50,729 nt of DNA from Tolypothrix carrinoi HA7290-LM1 (GCA_019358935.1 JAHHIK010000060.1:1-50729); one strand, 5' to 3'; positions 10,725-20,390 are shown, numbered from the stretch's first letter. Numbers and translations are program-made. Notes: a model not told the origin generated them from the sequence alone.

Positions 10725-10865
10725 CTAATTTTTCTCTGCTTCTCGATGTGAGGATCGTTCAGAAGCGGTGCGACTGGCAAACTGGGTCATGTTGATACTG
10801 ACAAAAAATAGCCCAATTAAACCAACCAGAAAACTTAGCCAGATGCCGTTGACAAATATAGGCAA
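10725..10865 (-). CDS. Possible 46-aa single-TM small protein in the CadD leader (not in ORF track)
   Basis: TTG-started frame (M)PIFVNGIWLSFLVGLIGLFFVSINMTQFASRTASERSSHREAEKN; no clear RBS. Confidence 0.25.
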   Translation of the reverse strand: MPIFVNGIWLSFLVGLIGLFFVSINMTQFASRTASERSSHREAEKN

Positions 10866-11314
10866 CGATTAAGCCGATGTTTGATGTTGTTTGTCGTGGG
10901 TGTAATAACAGCGAAAGATTGAACTACGACTTCTGGTAAATATTGGCAATGCGGCTTTAAGCCGTGTGTACTCGGTAGATGCAATTTGATTTTCCTATTC
11001 CAAAATTTGTAATGAGGAATGACGCATGTATTGATTGGCTTCGATGCATTCATAGATAGATCCAAGGCAGAATCTTCCTTTTGTTCAATTTCTGACTTTT
11101 ACTTTCAGTTATTAGAAATCTATCTACTGAATTTGTCTTATCGTTATTTCTATTTCTCAAGACAGATTAATCCTACACGATGTTTTTTTCATAATCAAGT
11201 ATTAGTAAAAAAAATATTTTAATTTTTCCTGATAATAGTTGATTACCCCGAAGCACATCGGAATAGTGCCTATTAAATTTAGTCAACCTTAAATAATTAT
11301 TAATATCAAAATTT

Positions 11315-11357
11315 TGTAATAAAATATACATAATATCATGACATTATTTAGTAAAAT
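11315..11357 (+). promoter_or_regulatory. Canonical NtcA/Crp-type class II promoter geometry: TGTA-N8-TACA, N22, TAAAAT
   Basis: GTA 11316-18, TAC 11327-29, exactly 22 nt, then TAAAAT 11352-57; AT-rich context lowers specificity. Confidence 0.5.
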
Positions 11358-11605
11358 TCACTCATGAAATCGCCTAATTTCAACGTTCCGAAGCGATTTT
11401 AGCTAATAAGCATGATTGTAAAAAAGCAGTATAAAAGTAAATTTTTTGGCGAAACTTGCGAAAATAAAGCTCAAATGGTAAGGTGAAACATGAATTGTTA
11501 AGTAGCAAACAAGCGTTGTTTACAAAAATTCGCTTTTGATAGCCTCCATAATGTCGAGAATTATGTAGAATCAAAAGCTGTAATTTATAGAATTATGGGC
11601 AAAGA

Positions 11606-12268
11606 ATGATGAAAAATTTCAAATACATTTTGATGGTGGCGCTATTGCTAGCAAATCTGATGTTTGCTCCACCTTCATTAGCAGATGCGCCAAGTTTTAC
11701 CAAAAATCCTGACTACATCGCACTAACTAAAGAGATTAATAAGTTGCAGACTCTTAAAGAAACACATGCGGCTGTAGAAGGTTTCACAACTGAGGAAATT
11801 GATAAGAAACTCAATGAATTAGAGTTTCAAAAATATGCTTTTGAGTCAGGCATTAACTGGGGACAATGTCGTAACGAGACAGGAAAAACTTTAGCTGTCT
11901 ACGGACCAGATCCAAATCTGGACGATGACGATGATGAATACTCCTTGGGTGCTTCACTGTATTTTTTGGCTGATGGTAAGACAACAAAAGATAAATGGGA
12001 TTGCAAAGGAGTTTTTCTCCCCAGCGATATCAAAGCTGTTGCCCTCACTCCTGGTGGACAAAATCAAGACTTGACTGGTGGTGTTGTCATCAAGGTTCCT
12101 GTTGGAACTAACTTAGTATTGAAGACAAATGCAGATACCGGGGCAATTGAATTCAATCAAGCTGGTATTCAAGTCTTGAAACCAGGTGAAGTCAACTGGT
12201 TTATCCCGAATGTGTCGCAAGCGATTGTAGATGCACGAGTAACCAACGCACCTACTAATAAGGGTTGA
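11606..12268 (+). CDS. Secreted protein of unknown function, paralog A
   Basis: Sec signal peptide (PPSLA-D); shared motifs with 36968-37801. Confidence 0.88.
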   Translation: MMKNFKYILMVALLLANLMFAPPSLADAPSFTKNPDYIALTKEINKLQTLKETHAAVEGFTTEEIDKKLNELEFQKYAFESGINWGQCRNETGKTLAVYGPDPNLDDDDDEYSLGASLYFLADGKTTKDKWDCKGVFLPSDIKAVALTPGGQNQDLTGGVVIKVPVGTNLVLKTNADTGAIEFNQAGIQVLKPGEVNWFIPNVSQAIVDARVTNAPTNKG

Positions 12269-12276
12269 GGGATAGT

Positions 12277-12430
12277 GGGGCATAGGGCATGGGGCATGGG
12301 GCATGGGGCATGGGGCAGGGGGACAAGGAGACAAGGGGGACAAGGGAGACAATTACCAATGCCCAATGCCCATTGCCCATTGCCCATTGCCCATTGCCCA
12401 TTGCCCATTGCCCATTGCCCATTGCCCAAC
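12277..12430. repeat. STRR arrays (GGGGCAT, CCCATTG) plus GGACAAG units
   Basis: Direct tandem heptamers between convergent genes. Confidence 0.92.
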
Positions 12431-12451
12431 AACCAACAACTATCCAAATCC

Positions 12452-13213
12452 CTATAACTGTGTTTCTTCCGGAAGTAATGAGGTTTCCTCTACTGGTGGT
12501 TCATTTACATCGCTTGCTTTAGTCAAATGCGGTTTGATAATCAGATTTACCCCAATTGCCCAGGCTAATGCAACCATCCATCCTGCAAGAATATCACTAG
12601 GAAAGTGAACGCCAAGGTAAAGTCGCGTCCAGCCGATCGCAACGACGAATAAACTACCGAAAATCAAAACTAACCAACGCGAGTAGCTATTCCAAGCCAA
12701 AACTACCAAAACTGCTATCAGCGTCATACTTGTCATTGCATGACCGCTAGGAAAGGCATAACTGAGTTCATGAGCGCTTGACTCCCACAAGTCAGGACGC
12801 ACTCTATGCATGAATTCCTTAGCTGTGCGGTTGATGAACGCGCTTCCCAATGTGGTGATGAGTACATAAGCTAGCGATCGCCAACGCTTCAACAACAATA
12901 ACACGAGTGCGATCGTACTAAAAATCGGTATTGCAGTCCAAAATGACCCAAACTTAGTTAGTGACAGTGCAAAAATATCTAACTGAGGCTGTGCTGTTTT
13001 GTGAATTGCTATCAATATCGGCACATCCCACGGAAACCCACCTTCATGTTGCCATACTTCTAAGGCAAGTAATCCAAAGATTTGCAAAGGTAAATAAACC
13101 CCGATAAATAAAATTAGTAATTCACGCCAGCGAGCAATCAACAGTTTTTTGATAAAGCTCAAAGGCGATTTTTGTTGTTGGCGATCGCTTTTGACGTTTT
13201 CTAATTTTTCCAT
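12452..13213 (-). CDS. PAP2-family membrane phosphatase
   Basis: KxxxxRxRP, FPSGH, TRLYLGVHFPSD catalytic motifs. Confidence 0.92.
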   Translation of the reverse strand: MEKLENVKSDRQQQKSPLSFIKKLLIARWRELLILFIGVYLPLQIFGLLALEVWQHEGGFPWDVPILIAIHKTAQPQLDIFALSLTKFGSFWTAIPIFSTIALVLLLLKRWRSLAYVLITTLGSAFINRTAKEFMHRVRPDLWESSAHELSYAFPSGHAMTSMTLIAVLVVLAWNSYSRWLVLIFGSLFVVAIGWTRLYLGVHFPSDILAGWMVALAWAIGVNLIIKPHLTKASDVNEPPVEETSLLPEETQL

Positions 13214-13483
13214 ATTAAATATCCCCTTGGACTGAGGTAAACAATTCGTAAGATGCGATCCAAGTCATCATGCTGCGCTTGGATTTTTTGCATAGCATTT
13301 GATTACATTAATTTTAAAACTATCTTCTAAATTTATACATAACGTAACACTCCATTATCAACAAATAAATAAGTAATTTTTATTACTAAAAACCCACGGA
13401 TATTTAGTTTCACACGATATTTCATTGATGTAATTGGGTAATCTACAACACAGTGGACTAGACGTTTGCTTATGATTATGATT

Positions 13484-13508
13484 AAAATACGGTAAGTCAC
13501 TCGGATTT
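13484..13508 (+). promoter_or_regulatory. Putative sulfur-regulon operator box AAAATACGGTAAGTCACTCGGATTT
   Basis: Matches TACGGTAA-n-nTnGGATTT pattern; lies between divergent PAP2 and TauE genes. Confidence 0.6.
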
Positions 13509-13773
13509 TAGTATTTTACATGTAAAATGCTAGAAAAAGAAGGAAGCAGTTAAGTTTAGCAGGAGAAGCGTCCCATCGGCAGTTACGACCTGCCCAAAGA
13601 AGGGAAAAGTGCGATCGCCCTGAAAAAACTCACTCTAACGGCTTTTTTGGTCAGGATCTTAAATCCTCAAAGCCTTCGCTAAATAACCTTTGTGTTTCTC
13701 ATCCAATTAGAAACACGAAAATTTGTGCTGTCTGCATTACCACAGTTGAAAACCCCCCATTTTGGATAGGAGT

Positions 13774-14571
13774 ATGAACTATTTATTACTACCACTGTTA
13801 AGCTTCTTTGTTGGCATCATCGTTGGTTTGACAGGAATTGGCGGAGCATCTCTCATCACCCCAATGTTGATTTTTATATTCCAAGTTCCGCCTTCGGTGG
13901 CTGTTAGTTCTGATGTCGTGGCTGCCACACTAATGAAGATTGTTGGCAGTGTCAAGCACTATCAACAGAAAACCCTTGACATGCAAGTTGTCCAATGGCT
14001 GGCATTCGGAAGTGTCCCAGGATCGCTCTTTGGGGTGGGGATTTTGCACCTAATTAAGCGTAATGGTGGATCTAGTCTGGATTATATTCTGCTGCGCTTG
14101 GTTGGGGTGATGATTCTGTTAGTTACAGTCTTAGCACTTGTACAATTGCTACTTTTTACTTTTTTCCCCAAGTTTACGCTACCCGAACTGCCAAAGTTTG
14201 ACTTAAAAACTAATTTGGGTCGTTTGATGACGATGACAATAGGAGCAGTTTTAGGCTGTTTGGTCGGTTTAAGTAGTGTTTCTTCCGGTTCAATGTTTGC
14301 ACTAGTATTGATTGGCTTTTTCCGCCTTGATGCTCGTAAATTGGTAGGTACAGACATTTCACAAGCCGCAATTTTATTATTTTTTACCTCCCTCGGACAC
14401 CTCAGCTTGGGAACAGTTAATTGGAGTCTGGTAGTACCGATTTGGATAGGCTCAGTTCCAGGGGTATTACTAGGTGCTAAAATCTGTCAAATCGCGCCTC
14501 AACGCCCACTGCGGTTTATCATTTATACAATATTGATGATGGTTAGTTGGAAGTTAGTTTATCAAGCGTAA
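13774..14571 (+). CDS. Sulfite exporter TauE/SafE family protein (copy 2)
   Basis: VGLTGIGGASLITP, AVSSD, GLSSVSSGS, LVGTD; AGGAG RBS before ATG 13774. Confidence 0.9.
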   Translation: MNYLLLPLLSFFVGIIVGLTGIGGASLITPMLIFIFQVPPSVAVSSDVVAATLMKIVGSVKHYQQKTLDMQVVQWLAFGSVPGSLFGVGILHLIKRNGGSSLDYILLRLVGVMILLVTVLALVQLLLFTFFPKFTLPELPKFDLKTNLGRLMTMTIGAVLGCLVGLSSVSSGSMFALVLIGFFRLDARKLVGTDISQAAILLFFTSLGHLSLGTVNWSLVVPIWIGSVPGVLLGAKICQIAPQRPLRFIIYTILMMVSWKLVYQA

Positions 14572-14572
14572 T

Positions 14573-14910
14573 GGTTAGTGGATGGTGGATAGTGGATAGT
14601 GGATGGTGGATGGTGGATGGTGGATAGTGGATAGTAGGTAGTGGATAGTAGGTAGTGGATAGTGGATGGTGGATAGTGGGTAGTGGATAGTAGGTAGTGG
14701 ATAGTAGGTAGTGGATAGTGGATAGTGGTGAGGCAGCGCGGTCATGTTCGTTACCCCCATGAGCGACTGCCGAACCCGAAGGGATAGTGGATAGTGGATA
14801 GTGGTTATGAGTACTTTTTTACAACTAACAACTAACTACCAACAACTAACAACTAACAACTAACTACCAACAACTAACAACCAACAACCAACAACCAACA
14901 ACCAACAATC
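14573..14910. repeat. STRR arrays (GGATAGT, ACAACTA/ACAACCA) with one dispersed-repeat unit at ~14730-14783
   Basis: Direct reading. Confidence 0.92.
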
Positions 14911-14918
14911 CAAAATGG

Positions 14919-15581
14919 TTAAGCTTTTACCCACGGTAATAAATTGAATGTACCTCTTTCATACATGATGAAAAGTCCCAAGCAAATTAAGACATAAGGA
15001 ACAAGAATGTTACCGTAGCGAGTTAAAATATCAGCAATAGTAGGTTGAAGGGTTAATAGGTAAGCAATAAAGCACCAAACCCCTACCATGACAAAAAATA
15101 CACTCAAAATTACTCCCAGACTGGCAAAACTATGACCGGCGAATAAGGGAATATAAATACTGATATTATCACCACCATTGGCAATCGTTACTGCGGCTAC
15201 TTTATATGTATTCGGATGCAAAAGACTCAATATAAAAGATATTATGGGGTTTCTGTGTGGGGACTGCTTAAAATCACTGGTTACTGTCTGAACTTCTGTT
15301 GTTTCTTCTTCCGGACTTAGCAGTTGCTTAAGACCAATTACTATTGGTAGTATTCCGAGTAATCCAATTAATTCTCGCCGCACTACCAAGCCACCGAAAA
15401 ATCCTGGTAAGCTAGCGATGATGATGGCTGTAAAACCAAGGTACTGACCAAAAAAGATATGTCGGCGACGAAAGTTAGCATTTATCTGTGAAAAAAATAG
15501 CAGCAGGATTATGATGTCATCGATATTAGTAAAGAAGAAGGCGATTATTCCTTCTATGAAAGCTGTCCCAAGCTTATTCAT
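14919..15581 (-). CDS. CadD-family membrane transporter, paralog 3
   Basis: FFFTNIDD, GQYLGF, ANGGDNISIYIPLF. Confidence 0.9.
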   Translation of the reverse strand: MNKLGTAFIEGIIAFFFTNIDDIIILLLFFSQINANFRRRHIFFGQYLGFTAIIIASLPGFFGGLVVRRELIGLLGILPIVIGLKQLLSPEEETTEVQTVTSDFKQSPHRNPIISFILSLLHPNTYKVAAVTIANGGDNISIYIPLFAGHSFASLGVILSVFFVMVGVWCFIAYLLTLQPTIADILTRYGNILVPYVLICLGLFIMYERGTFNLLPWVKA

Positions 15582-15666
15582 GCTGGATTGTCGGAAATTA
15601 TTATTTATATAGTAAATTAAACGAACCGCAGAGGCACAGAGAACACAGAGAAAGAGTCAGAGAAGA

Positions 15667-16359
15667 ATGAATGAGTTAGTTGCTGCTATTGGTGCTGGGG
15701 TTACGGCGTTTACTGCTACTAATATTGATGATATTGTGATTTTGTTATTGTTTTTTTCACAGGTAAGTGCTAGTTTTCGCCGTCGTCATATTGTTGTTGG
15801 TCAGTATTTAGGTTTTACGGTGCTGGTAATTTTTAGTCTTCCGGGTTTCTTTGGGGGGTTGATTTTATCGCCACACTGGATTGGATTGCTAGGTTTGATG
15901 CCAATGGCAATCGGTATTAGTAGTTTGGTTAATTCTGAAGATGAATCGACTCAAGAGAAGGCGGAAATAGAAGAATTTGATGATTTAAATGTTACTAGTT
16001 TTTTTGCTCCCCAAACTTATAGTGTAGCGGCTGTGACTATTGCTAATGGTAGTGACAATATCAGTGTTTATGTGCCTTTGTTTGCTAACAGCGGTTTTGT
16101 CAGCTTCTTAATAATTATTATTATATTTGTTGCACTTTTAGCTGTTTGGTGCTATGTGGCAGAGAAATTAACTCATCAGAGGACAATAGCTGAACTGATA
16201 ACTCGCTATGGTAGTTATCTTGTGCCTTTTGTGCTGATGGGTTTAGGTGCTTTTATTGTGTTGAAAAGTGAGGCGTTAAGTCTAACTAAATTAATTCTTA
16301 GTTGTATATGTTTGACTGTTTTGGTGAAAAAGGACGAAGATTCTGTTGACAAGGTATAG
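15667..16359 (+). CDS. CadD-family membrane transporter, paralog 4
   Basis: FTATNIDD, GQYLGF, ANGSDNISVYVPLF. Confidence 0.9.
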   Translation: MNELVAAIGAGVTAFTATNIDDIVILLLFFSQVSASFRRRHIVVGQYLGFTVLVIFSLPGFFGGLILSPHWIGLLGLMPMAIGISSLVNSEDESTQEKAEIEEFDDLNVTSFFAPQTYSVAAVTIANGSDNISVYVPLFANSGFVSFLIIIIIFVALLAVWCYVAEKLTHQRTIAELITRYGSYLVPFVLMGLGAFIVLKSEALSLTKLILSCICLTVLVKKDEDSVDKV

Positions 16360-16438
16360 CAATCCTATATCTTAGAATCCCGGTTTCGCAGAAGTTACCG
16401 GGATTCTCGTTTTTCACGAATGATTTAGGACTGCTATA
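16355..16438. mobile_element. Short TA-flanked MITE overlapping the stop codon of CadD paralog 4
   Basis: TIRs TATAGCAATCCTA ... TAGGACTGCTATA; internal hairpin GAATCCCGGT...ACCGGGATTC. Confidence 0.7.
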
Positions 16439-16593
16439 TAAGGAAAAAATCAAATACCCATAAATAAATTTAGAGAGAAGTTAAAGCGTTAGGCTATATC
16501 ATCGCAATTAGGCGATCGCACTTTCTAAATGCTTTGCCACAAAAATTGCTGCATATAAAGCTGAATAAGTAGAAATTCTATAAGGGCAATCTT

Positions 16594-16828
16594 TCATATG
16601 TGGCTAAAGTACGACAAGCTGACACAGAGCGCGTCTTTGCTCATCGTATCAGGTATTGTTAGAATAAGATGGTAGCCCTGTGCCACCATAAAATAAAGCA
16701 ATTCCGGTGTTACAGGAATAAGCTTGACGACAAGAAAGCGCTTTGCGCTTTGGATTGGGGAATCTTTTTCAACTGAACAAGCACGAGTCCGTCCGATTAA
16801 CTCGCTCGTATATGAGCGCAATCCACAT
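16594..16828 (-). pseudogene. cysK: Decayed cysteine synthase A remnant
   Basis: Across frames: MWIA.., ELIGRT, LVQLKKIPQS, LVVKL, S[C]NTGIAL, QGYHLILTIPDTMS; the SVKDR PLP-lysine segment and C-terminal two thirds are absent; directly downstream of rrf2. Confidence 0.8.
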
Positions 16829-16846
16829 ATGAGTATTCTTCAATCG

Positions 16847-17314
16847 CTAAATGTAATACATCGGATTCTGCTGTGTCCTTTGATCTCTTTCTTGACACAT
16901 GTCTTGCAGTGTATAGCTTCTCAAAACTTCAACCGCAGCATTGTTAGCTTGTAGCCAAATGTCTTGCACCAGATTCTTTTCTAAAGTGGGAGGTTCTGAG
17001 TTTTCTTTCGGTTTGCGATCGCCTTCCACCAAAGTGACAATTTCCAGCAAGGTAATTTGCCAAGGTTCACGAACTAAAAGAAAGCCTCCCCTAGAACCGC
17101 GTTGACTCTTAACCACACCCGCACGTCGCAAGCTGGTAAGAATTTGCTCTAAATAGCGTTCTGGAATCGGTTGCTTGGCAACAATCTCGCTCATCGTCAG
17201 AGGAACTTTTTTATCGTGATGGCTTGCCAGTTCTAAAAGTGCTAGCAAAGCATATTCGACTTTAGAAGACAGATCCAAAAGAGCGTAATTTGGGCTATTC
17301 AAGTCTCTACTCAA
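16847..17314 (-). CDS. Rrf2-family transcriptional regulator (CymR-like, no Fe-S Cys triad)
   Basis: LSSKVEYALLALLEL, IPERYLEQIL, SQRGSRGGF, MYYI C-terminus; single Cys; TTG start uncertain. Confidence 0.93.
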   Translation of the reverse strand: MSRDLNSPNYALLDLSSKVEYALLALLELASHHDKKVPLTMSEIVAKQPIPERYLEQILTSLRRAGVVKSQRGSRGGFLLVREPWQITLLEIVTLVEGDRKPKENSEPPTLEKNLVQDIWLQANNAAVEVLRSYTLQDMCQERDQRTQQNPMYYI

Positions 17315-17315
17315 T

Positions 17316-17339
17316 ATACTACGGTTTTTCGATAGATTT
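17316..17339 (+). promoter_or_regulatory. Putative operator box ATACTACGGTTTTTCGATAGATTT abutting the rrf2 start
   Basis: CTACGGT-N5-GATAGATTT. Confidence 0.7.
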
Positions 17340-17419
17340 GAGGTATATAGCAGCGATCTTAATTTTTCTCAAACTAACGGATGTGATAGCATCCCAATTA
17401 TCACTAACTGAAATACCTC

Positions 17420-17444
17420 TAATCTATCGGCTTACCGTAGATTA
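17420..17444 (-). promoter_or_regulatory. Quasi-palindromic operator box TAATCTATCGGCTTACCGTAGATTA upstream of cysE
   Basis: TAATCTA...TAGATTA arms; core identical to 6789-6805. Confidence 0.75.
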
Positions 17445-17522
17445 TCCATCATAATTCCTGTCTTGGGAATTATTTAAGTTTTTGATTTTATCTTTCTCAG
17501 CAACAAAGAACCAAACTTCCTT

Positions 17523-18248
17523 ATGCTACTAACTGATTTGCGAACGATTTCTGAGCGCGATCCAGCTGCCCGTAACTGGCTGGAAGTGTTGTTTTGCTAT
17601 CCCGGACTTCAAGCTATAGTGCTTCATCGACTCGCACATCGGCTGTATAAAACGCAGATGCCCTTTATACCTCGGTTTATATCCCATCTCAGTAGGTTTT
17701 TTACGGGAATTGAAATTCACCCAGGAGCAACGATTGGCAAGGGTGTTTTTATTGACCACGGTATGGGAGTAGTGATTGGCGAAACAGCGATTATCGGCGA
17801 CAATGCCCTAATTTATCAAGGTGCCACCCTCGGCGGTACCGGGAAACAAAGCGGCAAGCGCCATCCCACTTTGGGTAATAATGTGGTTGTCGGCGCAGGC
17901 GCAAAGGTATTAGGCAACATTCAAATTGGCGATAATGTCCGCATCGGCGCCGGTTCGGTGGTGCTGCGCGATGTGCCCAGCAACACGACTGTAGTCGGAA
18001 TTCCCGGACGTGTAACTCGTCAAGACAACACAAGTGTTAATGCTTTGGCTCATGATAAAGTCCGGGATGTGGAAGCTGAGGTAATACGCGCTTTATTTGA
18101 ACGAGTCAAGACTCTAGAGAAACAAGTTGTCCAGATGGAAACTGAGTTACATATGTCCGTCGTCCAAGTAGATAACGGACAAACCGATAACAGTAAGTGC
18201 AATACAGATTCGGTAATCGAAGACTTTCTCGATGGTGCGGGAATTTAG
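17523..18248 (+). CDS. cysE: Serine O-acetyltransferase
   Basis: [45 protein letters not shown]-terminus (CysK-binding Ile). Confidence 0.97.
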   Translation: MLLTDLRTISERDPAARNWLEVLFCYPGLQAIVLHRLAHRLYKTQMPFIPRFISHLSRFFTGIEIHPGATIGKGVFIDHGMGVVIGETAIIGDNALIYQGATLGGTGKQSGKRHPTLGNNVVVGAGAKVLGNIQIGDNVRIGAGSVVLRDVPSNTTVVGIPGRVTRQDNTSVNALAHDKVRDVEAEVIRALFERVKTLEKQVVQMETELHMSVVQVDNGQTDNSKCNTDSVIEDFLDGAGI

Positions 18249-18249
18249 G

Positions 18250-18367
18250 AATGGGGCAATGGGTAATGGGCAATGGTGCCCCATACCCCATGCCCCATGC
18301 CCCATGCCCCATGCCCCATGCCCCATGCCCTATGCCCTATGCCCCATGCCCCATGCCCTATGCCCAA
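18250..18367. repeat. STRR array (CCCCATG)
   Basis: Tandem heptamers between convergent cysE and cysA. Confidence 0.92.
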
Positions 18368-18369
18368 TT

Positions 18370-19380
18370 CTATGCATAAGCCGGAAAAACTCTTGCTTGC
18401 TTGGGTTTAACGTAGACTCGCTGGTTTTCTTTCAGTAAAAGTTGATTGAACTGATCTCGGCTGAGGTGAGCATTTATCCTTTCCCCAGACTCTAAAATTA
18501 ACTCGATGCGAATTTCCCAACCTAGGTGAATTATGTTGTCAACTTTGGCTGGTGTTGCATCTTCGACTCTCTGGGGTTGAATGAGAATGTCATGAGGACG
18601 TAAGAATACGCGATCGCTCGCAGTGAACGAATGATTGCCTGTTTGAATACCAGAGTTACTAGATAGGATATTCACTGGACCAATAAAGCTCATCACAAAT
18701 GGTGTTGCTGGGTGGTCGTAAATCTCGGCTGGTGTACCAACTTGCTCGACTCTACCTTTATTCATGACGACAATTTCATCAGCAACTTCCATTGCTTCTT
18801 CTTGGTCGTGGGTGACAAAGACTGTGGTTACATGCACATCTTCATGCAGACGTCGCAACCACATTCTTAAATCTTTGCGTACTTTCGCATCTAAAGCGCC
18901 AAAAGGTTCATCTAACAGCAGAATTTGCGGTTGAACTGCTAAAGCACGCGCTAAAGCTACTCTTTGCCGTTGTCCCCCAGATAGTTGTGACGGATAGCGA
19001 TCGCCTAATCCACTCAACTGCACCAAATCTAAAAGTTCCTCTACTCGCAGCTTTATCCGGTTTTTGGGAGCTTTGCGGAGTTCTAGGGCAAAAGCGATGT
19101 TCTGCCGCACTGTCAGATGCTTAAATAAGGCATAATGCTGAAATACAAAGCCAATATTACGCTCTTGCACCCGCTTGTGAGTTGCATTTTCACCAACTAT
19201 CCATATTTCACCGGAACTAGGCGTCTCTAGTCCAGCAATCATCCGCATTAATGTTGATTTTCCTGAACCAGACGGACCCAAAAGCGCAACCAGAGAGCCA
19301 GTTTTAAACTCCAAACTCACAGAATCCACAGCATGGAAAGAACCATAGTGTTTGGAAACATTCTCAACCGCTATCCCCAT
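18370..19380 (-). CDS. cysA: Sulfate ABC transporter ATP-binding protein
   Basis: [37 protein letters not shown]-like C-terminus; real start MGIAVEN at 19380. Confidence 0.95.
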   Translation of the reverse strand: MGIAVENVSKHYGSFHAVDSVSLEFKTGSLVALLGPSGSGKSTLMRMIAGLETPSSGEIWIVGENATHKRVQERNIGFVFQHYALFKHLTVRQNIAFALELRKAPKNRIKLRVEELLDLVQLSGLGDRYPSQLSGGQRQRVALARALAVQPQILLLDEPFGALDAKVRKDLRMWLRRLHEDVHVTTVFVTHDQEEAMEVADEIVVMNKGRVEQVGTPAEIYDHPATPFVMSFIGPVNILSSNSGIQTGNHSFTASDRVFLRPHDILIQPQRVEDATPAKVDNIIHLGWEIRIELILESGERINAHLSRDQFNQLLLKENQRVYVKPKQARVFPAYA

Positions 19381-19412
19381 AGGAAATCCTTCCAGAAATT
19401 GATATATTTTTA

Positions 19413-19436
19413 ATACTACGGTAAATGTATCGAATA
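19413..19436 (+). promoter_or_regulatory. Putative operator box ATACTACGGTAAATGTATCGAATA between divergent cysA and cysR
   Basis: CTACGGTAAAT-n-TATCGA, nearly identical to 25823-25840. Confidence 0.72.
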
Positions 19437-19454
19437 ATAGGATTATTTGCAATA

Positions 19455-20042
19455 ATGTCTTTATACTCTGCCCCGCCAAATTCTTTAAGTAAGAATACTG
19501 TTCAATCTTTTTCTCGTCGATCCTTGTTGCCACAACAGACTCATACTCTGTGGAAAATTGAAACAGGCGTTGTACGAACATTTACTTATCTCGAAGACGG
19601 TACGAGCGTCACTTTGGGAGTGTGGGGATCGGGAGATATTGTTGGGAAAGCTTTGTCAAAAGTCGAACCGTATCAGATGGAGTGTCTCACGAAAGTGCAA
19701 GCGACAATCTTTGATTTGCAAGGATGGGATCAAATTGCAGACGTATTGCTGGCACACATTCAACAAGCTGAAGAATTGATGATTGTTCGTGGCTATAAAA
19801 CAGTTGATATCATGCTTATCAAGCTGTTGACATGGTTATCTAAAAGGTTTGGTCGTGAAGTTGAACAAGGACGTTTGATAGATATGCGTCTGACTCATGA
19901 AGACATTGCCGAACTATTGGGTTCAACTCGCGTGACAATCACTCGTATTCTCAGGCAATTAGAACAAGAAGGCTTTATTCACCGTCTCAGTCTGCATCGA
20001 ATTGTGCTGCGAGAAGAAGAAATTTGGCACTATGAGATTTAA
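19455..20042 (+). CDS. cysR: Crp/Fnr-family regulator, CysR-like
   Basis: [38 protein letters not shown] tail; adjacent to sulfate ABC genes as with cyanobacterial cysR. Confidence 0.75.
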   Translation: MSLYSAPPNSLSKNTVQSFSRRSLLPQQTHTLWKIETGVVRTFTYLEDGTSVTLGVWGSGDIVGKALSKVEPYQMECLTKVQATIFDLQGWDQIADVLLAHIQQAEELMIVRGYKTVDIMLIKLLTWLSKRFGREVEQGRLIDMRLTHEDIAELLGSTRVTITRILRQLEQEGFIHRLSLHRIVLREEEIWHYEI

Positions 20043-20281
20043 GGTTACAGGGCAGGGCAAACGCATCTAAATAAATATGGCACAAAATAAGTTGATTAAT
20101 GAATGTATATGTGCATATCAGCCCTGTTTGGCTTGGGAAATTTAGATGCATTTGCCCGTTTGTATCTGGTTGCAAGCGCGATCGCTTGGAAGTTTTATGC
20201 TTTTTTTTCCTTATTCTTTTATCTGCGACACCGGACAGACTTCACAAGCCGATTTTTATATTTAATTTGGTTGAGCTACTG

Positions 20282-20390
20282 ACCACAGCTAATCGCTTTG
20301 TTATGAATGCACCAGCTGTCGTTACCAACGCATAAGTTGTCGTTACCACAGCTAATCGCTTTGTTATAAATGCACAAGTTGTCGTTACCA
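20282..20390. repeat. Composite 21-nt tandem repeat (A-B-A-A-B units)
   Basis: Minus strand: GGTAACGACAACTTGTGCATT / TATAACAAAGCGATTAGCTGT / GGTAACGACAACTTATGCGTT / GGTAACGACAGCTGGTGCATT / CATAACAAAGCGATTAGCTGT. Confidence 0.85.

Noticed and set aside
12113..12608. Cys/His/Pro-rich ORFs (CPLPIAH, PMPHAPC) that look like metallothioneins; similar ones at 5813-6308, 14575-14760, 18106-18438, 27075-27394 and 40172-40636
   Set aside because: They are translations of STRR heptamers and dispersed repeats that are open in several frames.
19381..19581. N-terminal extension of cysA overlapping cysR in the ORF track
   Set aside because: ABC similarity starts at MGIAVEN (19380); the extension is antisense to cysR and covers the operator box.
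20282..20390. Possible mini CRISPR array
   Set aside because: Units abut directly and the apparent spacers are themselves repeated; no unique spacers or cas genes.
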